DNA from: a virus | Reading direction: 5' to 3' (one strand) | DNA length: 64,000 bases | IMG/VR virus record: IMGVR_UViG_3300033143_004212 | Coordinates: 19,405 to 83,404 of that record | Shown here: positions 11,472 through 22,427 of the stretch, one piece after another | How positions within the stretch are numbered: the stretch's first letter is position 1 | Layout: each line of letters begins with the position of its first letter | Program-made: the position numbers and the translations under genes | Notes under the pieces: generated by a model | What the model saw: only the letters and a program-made list of their open reading frames with translations | The model's database searches: none | Told to the model about the DNA's origin: nothing

Positions 11472-13117
11472 TGGGAAGTTTATTTCATAGAGATAAATAT
11501 AATAGAGTTTATAGTTTAATGAGTAAGTATGAAGAAGTAAAAGCTTGATACAGTTATGTAGGTGCTTATGCAAATCATGGATATGATGGAACTAATCCAT
11601 TATATGTTTCTATTTTTTCTTATATAGATGATGGGAATAAAGAAAGATCAACTAATATTAGAGGAACTAGTGCTAGACAATATTATATTTATAATCAAGG
11701 ATTATCTTTAGCAGATATAAATATTCCCAAAAGCAGTAAAGAAAAAGTAACATCAGCTTCTCAATTTAAAACTATGCTTGATTCAGAAGTTGATAAATAT
11801 TTATCTAAAGTAGCAGGTAAATATAAAGGTATGCCTGATGCGGTAGCTCATAAAATTTTAGAAAGAAGAGTAAAAGAACATCAAAAAGATTTAGGTATAC
11901 ATCCAGTAGGTTCAAATGAAGAATTTAATAGAAGATTCATTAAAGCAGTTTTTAGAAATGCTGAAATCGGTCCTCAAAGAGAGATGCATGATGAAATTAA
12001 AAAAGCTTTTAAAGGATTACAAACTTTTATTAATAAGAATATAGAGCAAGGTGCCGCAGAAATAAAAGCAAAAAATGATATTGGTTCTGGAAAAAAAAAT
12101 TATTATGTTTTAGAAATAAAAAATGGTGTAACAAGATTAGAAAGAGAATATTATAAATTATTAAAAAAATTAGCGATTACTATTTCAAAAGCTTCTGAAG
12201 AGGGTGCGTTAGATGCTGGAGCAGAAGCTAAAATAATTACATTATTAAATTCATTGAAAAGTAAAGTACTTGCTTATGAGAAGAAAGCAAATCGCAAACC
12301 TGTTAAAGGAACTACAATTCGTTATATTAATTCTAATGGAGTAAAAATGGATTTAAAAGATTTAACGGTAGGGAAAGATAAAGATCGTAAATTACATTTA
12401 ATAAATTTGGTTTCAAGTATTTTAGGTAATGCGGCAGGTCTTGGTTATGAAATTTCTATTTTGGCGGCGGCATCAGCCTTGATGGATAGAGGTCAAAAAG
12501 ATATAGAAAAATTTAGAGACGTTTCGCATGCTGAAATGAAAGGTAGGATACTTGATTTATTAACAAAAGACTCTCGAACTTTTAAATCAAAAAAAGGAGC
12601 AAAAAAATTCTCAGGAGCGGTTACTGGAGATTTAGTTATAGATGGAGTAACTTCAAAAGCAGACGTAATGTTTAAAATAGAAGACATAGTAAAAGGAACT
12701 CATCAAGAATTTAAAATTTCTGCTAAAAATTATAAGAGTTCTAATTTTAAGCTTCATACTGGAAAAGTACAAAATTTTGCATCAGCTATCGCCGCGAAAG
12801 GGAGAGAAAAAGAAGCTTATATTACACGTTCAATGTTTGATACTATCTCTTGGTATCCTGCTTATTTTAATACTGATGGTAGCGGTAATTATAAAGGGGA
12901 TACTCAAAACAATTCTGTATTTAATGTTTTTAGAACAATGCTATTATTGAATTTAGATTATTTTTATGGGTTTGATATAACTCATTTATTTTCTTCAAGG
13001 GATCAAAATCCTACAGCAATAGCAGATGCAATAATGAAAAGTACTATTAAAAGGATTCAAATTAATGGAGATTCAATTAGTTTAACAGTGAAAGCGGTGA
13101 AGAAGGATGTACAATAG
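11471..13117 (+). CDS. 548 aa basic protein with a possible PD-(D/E)xK nuclease motif, TGA at 11546
   Basis: ATG 11471 overlaps the previous TAA and is in frame with the 11774 ORF through one TGA. C-terminal half has GYE...SKADV...ISAKNY. Confidence 0.6.
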
Positions 13118-13967
13118 ATTAAAATTATTTGGAGCAAGACCTGTTTTTGATAAAGATTTAAAAGTTTATTTATACCCTTTAACACTTAGTTATATAATTG
13201 ATACTTTTGATGAAGAAACTTTATTTTTATTCCCTATGAATATTATTGCAATGGATGAATATGATTTAAAAACACAAGCTAATGAAATAATGGATAGATC
13301 AAGAAGAACTGCTAAACCAATTCGTAATCTTACTTTAACAAGATATGAAATCATTATGATTTATATTATGAATGGGATATCAAGTAATAAACCTGAATTA
13401 TTTGTAGATATGATTAATGGGTTTTTAAGAATATTTGAAGGAATTTTTAAATCAGAATTTGATTTTAATATGAAACTTTTTCAATTTTATTCTAAAGAAC
13501 AGATTACGATTGAAAAAATAACATATGAAGAAGATAAAATGGGCAAAATAGTTAAAAAGTATGTAAAAGATTTTTTAATTATAAATGAGAATAACTTTGA
13601 ACAAATTTGCGATTCAATAAAAGAAGTAAGTGGTTGGAATATGGGTGCTAATGAAAATAAGCCTGTCTACAATCCGGCAAGTGAGAAGGCAAAGCGAATA
13701 GCTGAAAAATTAGAGATGTCTAGAAAAAAGATACAAGCAATTAAAGCTAAATCATCAGACGAAGTAACACTAACAGACTTAATTTCTGCTTATTGTACAC
13801 AGACAAAAATCAATCCGAATGAAGTAGTCGGCACTTATACTTTATTCCAGTTTTTCTTACAAAGTGCGAGAGAATCCCTATTCTTAGAATACAATACGAG
13901 TATTCAAGCTATGCTTCATGGGGCTTCCGAAGTTAAATTAAAAAATTGGAGCAAAAAAATAAATTAA
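13107..13967 (+). CDS. Tail-module protein (possible assembly chaperone)
   Basis: 286 aa with INENNFE, YNPA.EKAKRIAEKL, YTLFQF and GA..VKL.NW. Precedes the tail tube gene. Confidence 0.55.
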   Translation: MYNRLKLFGARPVFDKDLKVYLYPLTLSYIIDTFDEETLFLFPMNIIAMDEYDLKTQANEIMDRSRRTAKPIRNLTLTRYEIIMIYIMNGISSNKPELFVDMINGFLRIFEGIFKSEFDFNMKLFQFYSKEQITIEKITYEEDKMGKIVKKYVKDFLIINENNFEQICDSIKEVSGWNMGANENKPVYNPASEKAKRIAEKLEMSRKKIQAIKAKSSDEVTLTDLISAYCTQTKINPNEVVGTYTLFQFFLQSARESLFLEYNTSIQAMLHGASEVKLKNWSKKIN

Positions 13968-13980
13968 GGAGGAACAATCC

Positions 13981-14805
13981 ATGAAATTTGGTATTAGAGA
14001 AGTTGCAAACGTAACTTTTAGAACTTTATCATCTATAGTTATTGGTGGTCAAACTTTCGGTATCGGCGAGCCTGTTCTTTATTTTGACTCTTTAAAAGCT
14101 TCTACTTTAGCAGGAAATGCTAATACGGTATTTGCTATGGGTGGAAGAGGAAATAATAAACTTTTAGGTTGGGACGGAGACAAGGAAATAACATTCACTA
14201 TCGAAGACGCTCTTATTTCTCAAGAATCTTTCGCTATCCTTTCAGGTGCGGACTTAGTATCATATGACGGTTCAGCTACAAAAGCTAAACTTCATAAAAG
14301 AGAAATTTTACAATTAGACTCTTCAGAAGAAGTTACAGTTTCACAAATTATTCTTGAAGATAATGCGGATTTCCCAGTTTTTATGTATCTAAGTAATGCA
14401 GATGAAGAAATTCTTGATCTAATTATCGATCCTGTTATAAATGTAGACGGAGTTACAGTTGAATTTACTACAGTAACAGTACCTTCATTAGCAGAAGATG
14501 ACTGGGTTATAGTTGATTACTACTACGAAAGTCTTAAAGTTGTTAAATCTCTTGTTGTTAAAAATGATTCATTCGGTGGATATTACAAAGTCGAAGGAGA
14601 TTCTTTATGGAGAAGAGAAAAAGATGGTGTTGATTTAGCAGCATACTTAACAATTCCTAGAGCAAAAATTAGAACTAACTTTGAATTCTCAATGACACCA
14701 GATGGAGATCCATCTACATTCACATTCGAATTAGATGCTTTCCCTACTAGTATTAGTGGTGTTGGAACTAACGTTCTATTCACAATGGATATTGAAGAAG
14801 ACTAG
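13981..14805 (+). CDS. Major tail (tube) protein
   Basis: MKFGIREVANV, A.GGRGN..L.GWDGDKEITFTIEDAL and DGDPSTFTF, with highly expressed codon usage and a following terminator. Confidence 0.8.
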   Translation: MKFGIREVANVTFRTLSSIVIGGQTFGIGEPVLYFDSLKASTLAGNANTVFAMGGRGNNKLLGWDGDKEITFTIEDALISQESFAILSGADLVSYDGSATKAKLHKREILQLDSSEEVTVSQIILEDNADFPVFMYLSNADEEILDLIIDPVINVDGVTVEFTTVTVPSLAEDDWVIVDYYYESLKVVKSLVVKNDSFGGYYKVEGDSLWRREKDGVDLAAYLTIPRAKIRTNFEFSMTPDGDPSTFTFELDAFPTSISGVGTNVLFTMDIEED

Positions 14806-14822
14806 TATTAAAAATTAAATAT

Positions 14823-14846
14823 TTGGAGAGATTAATTTCTCTCCAA
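14823..14846 (+). terminator. Hairpin after the tail tube gene
   Basis: TTGGAGAG-ATTAATTT-CTCTCCAA. Confidence 0.6.
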
Positions 14847-14877
14847 TAATTTACTTTAGAGAAGAAAGGATGAATAA

Positions 14878-15156
14878 ATGAAGATAACGTTTAAGGATAT
14901 TATTTGTCAAAGTTTAAGAAATAACCATATACAAAGAATTTTAAATGATTTTGGTATTATTACGCATGATAGAGATCCTCATGATATAATAGAAGATGTT
15001 GCGGTTGTTTGAAAAATTTTAAAGAAAGAAGAACAAGGAATTGCTATAAAGTATTATTTAGCACAAGCATTAGTAGGAATTAGACATAAATATAAATTTG
15101 TATTATTAATGGATATGTATACAAGAGAAAACAAGGAGGAACAAAATGAATATTAA
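14878..15156 (+). CDS. 92 aa protein resembling a segment of the tape-measure core, TGA at 15010
   Basis: SD AAAGGA before ATG 14878. Reads RDPHDIIEDVAVV[W]KIL...KYYLAQALVGIRHKYKFVLLMDMYTR to TAA 15156. Absent from the ORF track. Confidence 0.75.
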
Positions 15157-15703
15157 AAGAATAAAAGAACTTTCTAAAATTGAAAATAACATCAAAATGA
15201 TTAAAGTAGGAAATGAATTTATTAATGTAATTAAATATTTACCATCTGAAAAGAAAATGCTTTTCGTATATGATGTATTAGGCAGAAGTATTATATCAGG
15301 TAGAGTTAATCCTGTAGCAGTTGATATTTCAGTTTATGTAAATATTGTAATGAATTATTCTGATGTAGAAATAAATTTGGGAGAAGATAACATTTTTGAA
15401 GCATATGATATATTAGTACAAACTGGTATGCTAGATAAAATATTAGAAGCAATTCCTAAAGCAGAAATTGATTTAATGTTTGAGTATGTTAAAGATGCGA
15501 TTGAAACTGAATTAGCATATTTACATTCTGCAAGTGCAGCAATCTCTGATATTGCAAAAACTATAGCAGATAGTGCTATTGGAATGTTAAAGGAAAATCC
15601 TGAAATGTTAAATGTAAATGAAGTATTGTCAGAATCAAGAGAAGGTGTGGGAATACCAGCACCAGTAGAAAAAGAAAAAGAAATAGTATCGTTAGTTGAA
15701 TAA
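15146..15703 (+). CDS. Tail assembly chaperone-like protein
   Basis: 185 aa immediately before the tape measure gene, with AGGAGG SD. Confidence 0.5.
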   Translation: MNIKRIKELSKIENNIKMIKVGNEFINVIKYLPSEKKMLFVYDVLGRSIISGRVNPVAVDISVYVNIVMNYSDVEINLGEDNIFEAYDILVQTGMLDKILEAIPKAEIDLMFEYVKDAIETELAYLHSASAAISDIAKTIADSAIGMLKENPEMLNVNEVLSESREGVGIPAPVEKEKEIVSLVE

Positions 15704-15729
15704 TCCGTTAATTCGGATTATTTTTTTTT
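15701..15729 (+). terminator. Intrinsic terminator
   Basis: TAATCCG-TTAATT-CGGATTA followed by T9. Confidence 0.7.
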
Positions 15730-15741
15730 GCTCTAAATGGA

Positions 15742-15758
15742 TGGGCAATATTATTTAA
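15742..15758 (+). promoter_or_regulatory. Candidate late promoter/operator motif, copy 1
   Basis: TGGGCA-ATA-TTATTTAA, repeated at 32091. Confidence 0.4.
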
Positions 15759-15821
15759 ATATCCTAATAGATTTTTGATTTTTATATAGGAATACAATAG
15801 ATTTTAAAAGGAGGAATTATA

Positions 15822-18800
15822 ATGGCTGATTTTAGATATACCTATGAATTAGCAATGGCAAAGGTCTCTAAAAAACAATCATTGAAGGAATTAGAACAAT
15901 TTTCGGATGCAGTAAGAAAAATTTCACCAGAAATCTCTCCTTTTAGTCAAAAGGATTTAAAAAGACTAGATAGAGATTTAAGAAAGGCTAAAGCTACAAT
16001 TAGCGATACTTTCTCTGGACAACAATATGTTCAATTTGATGAAATGAATAAATCTTTAAAGAAAGCCGGAGTTAATCTACAAGATGTCAATGCGAAGATA
16101 GTCGCAATTAAAAAAGCAGGCAATGCAGTTACTGGAATTACTGGCAAATATCAACAACTAAGCCAACAAATGTCTAAGACTGCAGTGATTCAAGCAAGAA
16201 TGAATAAATTTGCGGCAACTTTTGTGAAATTAGTAAATTTCAAAGTTTCAATTGCGGCATATCAATTTGTCACACAACAATTAAGAGAAGCATTAGAATA
16301 CACAAAAGAACTAGATAAGACATTAACTGAAATTGCAACAGTTTCAGGTTTTTCTAGAGATCAATTAGAAAAATTTGCGATATCATTCAATAAAATGGCT
16401 TATGAAATGGGTCGTACTACGAATGAAATGGCTCAAGCTTCAGTAATCTTCTTTAGACAAGGTAAAGAGACTGCAGAAGTTATGCATTTAGTTGAAGCTA
16501 CAACTATTGCGGCATCTATTGCGCAAACAGAAATGGCTCAAACGTCAGAATACTTAACAGCTACATTAAATGGTTTTAAATTAGAAGCTACGGATGCAAT
16601 GTCTGTAGTAGATAAATTCTCTGCTATTGCTGCTAATGCCGGTACATCATTTGAAGAACTAGCTATTGGTTTAACAAAAGTTGCATCAGGAGCATCTAAT
16701 GCGGGAATAGACCTTGACCATATGTCATCTTATATTGCTACAGTTTCTGAAGCAACTAGAGAGACTGCAACAAATGTTGGTACATCTTTCAAAACTATTA
16801 TCGCTCGTATGAGAGGTATTACATCAGAAGGACATGAATCAGCAGATAGCTTAAATAGAGTAGACAAAGCTTTACAAGGATTAAGTATTTCTCTTAGAGA
16901 TGATGAAGGTCAATTAAGAGACTTACAAGATGTAATTGCTGAATTAGGAGCAAAATGGCAAGGATTAGACGTAAATACTAAGTCTTATATCGCGACAGTA
17001 ATTGCCGGTACTAGACAACAAAATAGATTCATTGCATTAATGGATAACTATGACAGAAGTTTAGAAATTTTAGAAACTTCTCTTAATAGTGCAGGCGCGG
17101 CTCAAGCACAATTTGGACAATATACAGAAGGTATCGAATATTCAATTAATCAATTAAGAGCTTCTGTAGAAGAGTTATGGCCTACATTACTATCTGGAGA
17201 TGCAGTAAAATTCTTAGTTAAAGGGTTAACTGGATTAGTTAAAATGTTAACTTATGTTTCTAAGAATATAGATCATATAGCATTAGTTATGATAGTCTTT
17301 AATAAAGCAATTTCTAAAATGGTTATGAGTGCGCATTTAGGTGCGACTGAAATGTCAACACTTAGTCAATCATTAGTTGTTCATGGAGGACATGTTAAAA
17401 GATTAACTACAACTTATAGAGTACTTGCAAAACAAAGACAAAAAATGAAAACAGATAAATTTGCTGAAACATTCTTATCTAGTAGCGACTGGGAAAGATA
17501 TTCAACAGGAGTATCTAAAGCAGCAGAAGCTTATAAAGCAATTTCTGCTCCTATAAAAGATATGACTAGCCAAATGGAAATTTACAAAATTAGTGTAAAT
17601 GAAGCAACATTAGCAGTAGAAGAGTTTGGTAGAAAATGGAGTAAAAGTTCAAGAAGAGGAACTAAAGCCGATTTATTCGCAGTAGAAAGAAAAGGCGAAT
17701 TTGAAGGACAAAGAGGACTAGATCCAAAAACTTTAAAAATTGAAAATCAAGAACTTTATAATATAAGACTTAAAGCTATGCATTTGAATGAAAAAGATAC
17801 AATTTTATATGAACAACAATTAGCATCAGCGAGAACTCAAGTAGGATTAAAGCAAGAAGCTTTAACAGCACAACAAGCGATGAACCCATTACTTACAAGT
17901 GCTAGAACAGAACAAGAATTAATGAAAAAAGCAGTCCAAGAGGAAGTTGCTTATAGAAAACAACAAGAAATATTAATAAATAAAGCTAGAAAACAACAAT
18001 TATTAATGAAATCAGCATTAATGCTTTCATTAGTAGTAGTATCTTCTCTTTCTGATGCTATTAAAAATGCAGATGGAAGTATAGAAGATACGAGAGATAG
18101 AATATTAAAACTTACTAACTCTATTGGTAGCATGTTACTTTTATTAGGTCCACCTATTGGCAAAGCTATTGGTGCGGCTATAATGGTTGGAAGTGCTTTA
18201 ATCCAAAAATTATGGAAAACTAATAAAGAAAAATTAGAAGAATTTAGAAATAGTATTAAAGCAGTAAGTGACGAAATAAAAGTATTAGGAGAAATGGGAG
18301 ATGCTTATGAAGAGTTAAGAAAGAAAGCCGCCGCAGGTGGTATTAGTTTCTTATCTGGAGAAGAGCAAGAACGACTATATGATTATATGCTAAGATTATC
18401 AGAATTAGAAGATATTGAAATAGTAGATTACTCTCCTGATGGAAAACCTATTATAGATATGACTAAATCAGTTGAAGAATTAATTGCGGCTAGAAGAGAA
18501 TTACTTCAAATAGATAAAGAAGGAATAAATAGTGCTTCTGAATTTAAGAAAAAATGGGAAGAAGCAAGCGATGTAGAAATGATTCAAATGGAGCATCTAT
18601 GGGAATCTCCTGCAGGTGATAACATTGTAGAAGAATTATCTAAGCAAGCAGTTCAAGCAATAAAACTTGAAAAACAATATGAACTTTTAATGGAAAAATT
18701 TACTTTCTTACTCAATGAAACTGCGGAATTTAAAGGCTCTTTCTTAGAGAATTTCGTAAAATATTTTGATACTGGAGAAATTGGACCAGAATTATTAACT

Positions 18801-21549
18801 AATGTTGAAGAAATATATAATACAATTCAAACTGCTTTTGCAAAAAAAGCAAGAGAAGGATTAATTTCTAAGGATGAAGCAAATGAAATTATTAATGCTA
18901 CAATGGGAATAAAAATATATTGAATTAGCAAAAGAAACTAATACTGTAAATGCTTCAACAACAGCATTAATGCAAACTTATAAAGATTTACAAGATGCTA
19001 CTTCAGATTTACGTAGCGCAAGACAAACTTTAGCAGAAGATGAAGAATTAGAAATTGGACAAGTTTTAGAATTAATAGATTCTCATAGTTCATTAATTAA
19101 ATATCTAGATTTAGAAGCTAAAAATTATGGTATTACTGCAAGAGCATTAGCAGAAGCATCTCAAGTTTTAGTACAAACTAGAATTAATGATAATTTAGCA
19201 ATTATTGCAGGTATTGATGCAGAGATAGCGGATCAAAAAGTTAAACTTTCTCAAATAACTATTGTTTATAATTTAGCAATAGCAATAAAATGGCTTAGTA
19301 GAGCCAGACTTGATTCAATAAAAGCTAATCTTTACGAAACTCAAGCAAGTATAAGAGGTCTTAAAGAACAAAGAAGTAATGTTTTGAAATTAAATACATT
19401 ACTTGAGAATTATACTATAAAAACAGAGAAAGCATCTAGTGCAACTCAAGCATTTACTTATAGTTTAAAAAAATCTGCATTAGAATTTAAAAATATGAAT
19501 GAATTAGTTGAAGAGTCTAATACAGTTGTTTCACAATTACGTGATACAATTAAAGCTTTAGAAAAAGATATGACAGATGCTGATTTAAGTACTATTGCTA
19601 CTTTAGCAGAACATATTAAAGCTTATGATGAAATAAAAGGTGCATTGCTTGGTCAAGCTAGTTTACAAGAAAGTTTAAAACAAGAAGCATTAACAGGATT
19701 AACTCAAATCCTTGCAGGTCTTGATAAAAACATTATTGGAATTAATATTAACGATATTATTATAGACGGAAGAGTCGATAATACTAAATTTAATAATTTA
19801 GCTAATTTTTTAAAAGAAGAAGTTAATAGACTAAATGCGATAATGAATAGAGGAAAAGGAACTAAAGAATTACAAGAACAACTTAAACTTTATCATACTC
19901 TTTATAGTGAAGTTGAAAGCTATAAAGATGCTATAGAAAAAGCTGATTTAGCAATATACAAAACAAATCAAACTCTTACAAAAACTATAGAAGATCAACA
20001 AGCATTCTATGAAAAATTAGTAATTTCTCAACTTGAATACATCCAAGATATATTAGTTGAAAAATATGAAGCCGCTCTTGAATTGATCAAAGAAGGAAAT
20101 GAAGCATCTGTTGAAGCGATAGAAAAAGAAAAAGATGCATGGGAAAAATTATTAGAACAACAAAGAGAAAGATTAAAAATAGATAAAGATTTAAGAGACT
20201 CTGAGAGAGAAAGAAGAGATATCTTAATAGAAATTGGAGACAAACAAGCGCTACTTAATAAATTAGCTCTAGATGAATCACAATTTGCTAAAAAAAGAAA
20301 GAAACAATTAACTGAAGGTATAACTAAAAATAGAGAAAAATTAACAGATATTGAATATGATAGAAGTTATGAAAGTAAATTAGGTTCTTTAGAAAGTTTA
20401 AATAAAATTAGACAAGAAGAATTTATAACAAGATTAACAGAATTAGAACAAAGTTTAGCTTTTGAAGAAGCTCGTTATGAAGTTCTTTTAACTCAACGTA
20501 ATATTGAAAAATCTGCTGAAGCTTTACTATTGGCCAAAGGAACTATTATTAGTTTTACTGGAGAAGTAATGACTTTAGATAGTTTAGTTCAAGAATTTGG
20601 AGAAACACTTTCTAAAACTGGAACTAGAGAACAATTAGAAGGTTTTAATAAGTTTAATGAAGAAATAGTAGCTATAAATGATTTATTAAATGAAATGGGA
20701 GTAGTTTATGAGGATGTAGTAATTGATTGGAGCCAAATTAAAACAGCTAATTTAGCAGATTTTGAAGCCGATCTTATAGGTGCGGCTGAAAAAGTTGGAT
20801 TATCATTTTCAGATTCACTTCTTGAACAATTTAAATTAGGGACTATTAAACTAACAACGCAATTTGGAACTGCAGCGACAGAAATGGAAACAGCAGTTGG
20901 TGAATATGCTAATAGTATATTAAAGATTTATAAATCAATGTTAAATGATATGGTATTTGGAGCAAAAGAAACAGGGAAAAATATTGGAGCTGCTTTGGAA
21001 GATGGAACTGCAGAAGAAATGGATATTGCAGAAGCTGTCTTTGGTAGAGAAGGAGAAGGTAAGGGACTATTAGATGAAGCTTATTGGGAAGGACGAAATA
21101 TTGATTTTGCTGTTATTCAAGGTATTAAAGATTCTCGTAAGAAAGGCGGTACTTCTACATGGGTTATTACTCCTGGAAGCGATGAAAACGATTCTGCTCC
21201 TACTGGTGATGGTGTATGAAGACCTCCAAGAGATTTAGGTATAGTTGGTTATCATAATGGTGGAATGGTTAATTTTGATGGAATAGCGGCTGTACATGGT
21301 GAATCTAGCCCTGAATGGATATTTAATTCTAACCAATTAGAATCTGTTATTAAAATGACTAATGCAAGTATGTTAGGAACTTTATCTAAATTAAACATAC
21401 CATTAGGTGGGACTGGAGTAACGATTGAAAATCTAATTAAGATTGAAGGAAATGCAACAGAAAACACAATAATAGAATTAAAAAAATTAGCTAAACAAAT
21501 CGCACCAATAGTGGGAAAACAATTAGTTAAACAAATTAAAAAGGTATAG
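15822..21549 (+). CDS. Tape measure protein (TP901-like core), about 1908 aa if a +1 frameshift near 18911-18915 is bypassed; TGA at 21217
   Basis: Core GTSFKTIIARM...IAGTRQQNRFIALMDNY, long helical coiled coils, and a C-terminal YHNGG...AAVHG..SPEWIFN reached through TGA 21217. The 15822 and 18970 ORFs differ by +1 frame. Confidence 0.85.
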
Positions 21550-21599
21550 GAGAAGGTTTACCTTCTCTTTATCTTTATTTGAGAAGAAAGGATAATATA

Positions 21600-22409
21600 A
21601 TGTTTACAGCAACAGATTTTACTTATAATGGTAGATTAGCAAGTGAATTTGGATTAACAGTTGTTAACGTTGGAACAATTAGTTCTACTCAATCATTTGG
21701 ATTAAATAGACAAATATTAGAAACCCAAAGATTAAGTGGAATAAATTCTTTTCATGGCTTTAGCTATGAACCAATAGAATTTCAAGTGACGTTAGCGAGA
21801 GAGTGTGAATGAGATTACTATACTAGAATAGAAGTTGCTAGATGGTTATTTCAAAATAATTATAAAGAATTAATTAATCCTGATCATCCAGAAATAATAT
21901 ATAATGTATTATTTTTTGGAGATAATCCAATAGGATTAGTTGGAAATATTCCACGCTATATTACATTAAATGTAAGAGCGGATGCCCCTTGGGGTTGGTC
22001 AGAAGAATATACTTATGAATACGATTGTGACACTGTTTTAGTAGTAGAATTAGAAAATTTATCTAATTTAAATATGCCAATTTACCCAGAAATAGAAATT
22101 GTTTTAACAACAGGAGAAACGTTATCAATCGATTTTGATACAGATAAAGAATGAAAATTTGTTGATGCAACTTACAGTGGAGATGACTATAATTTAGTAT
22201 CAGGAGAAACTATTTATGTAGATAATAATAAAAAAATAATAATTTCAGATCAAACAGGTTCTGAGGATGCGCGAATAAAAAATTTTATTAAAAGCGACGC
22301 AACAAAAGAAAGAAGTGATTGGTTCTATTTAACAGAAGGAACAAATACATTCACTTTAAATGGGAATGGAGATTTTTCTATAAGAATTAAATTCCCAATG
22401 GTAGCATAG
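21600..22409 (+). CDS. Distal tail protein (Dit)-like, 269 aa, 2 TGA (21810, 22152)
   Basis: FTYNGRLASEFGL N-terminus, ARWLF, DAPWGWS, IYPEIEI and WFYLTEGTN. Open to TAG 22409 with TGA=Trp. Confidence 0.8.
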
Positions 22410-22427
22410 AGAGAAAGGAGTGAAAAG

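Noticed and set aside
15660-15822. Classic -1 frameshift in the tail assembly chaperone
   Set aside because: No clear XXXYYYZ slippery site, and a terminator follows the stop directly.
18921-18923. Counting this TGA as a Trp that joins the tape measure halves
   Set aside because: The downstream ORF is in a different frame and TAA follows six codons later.
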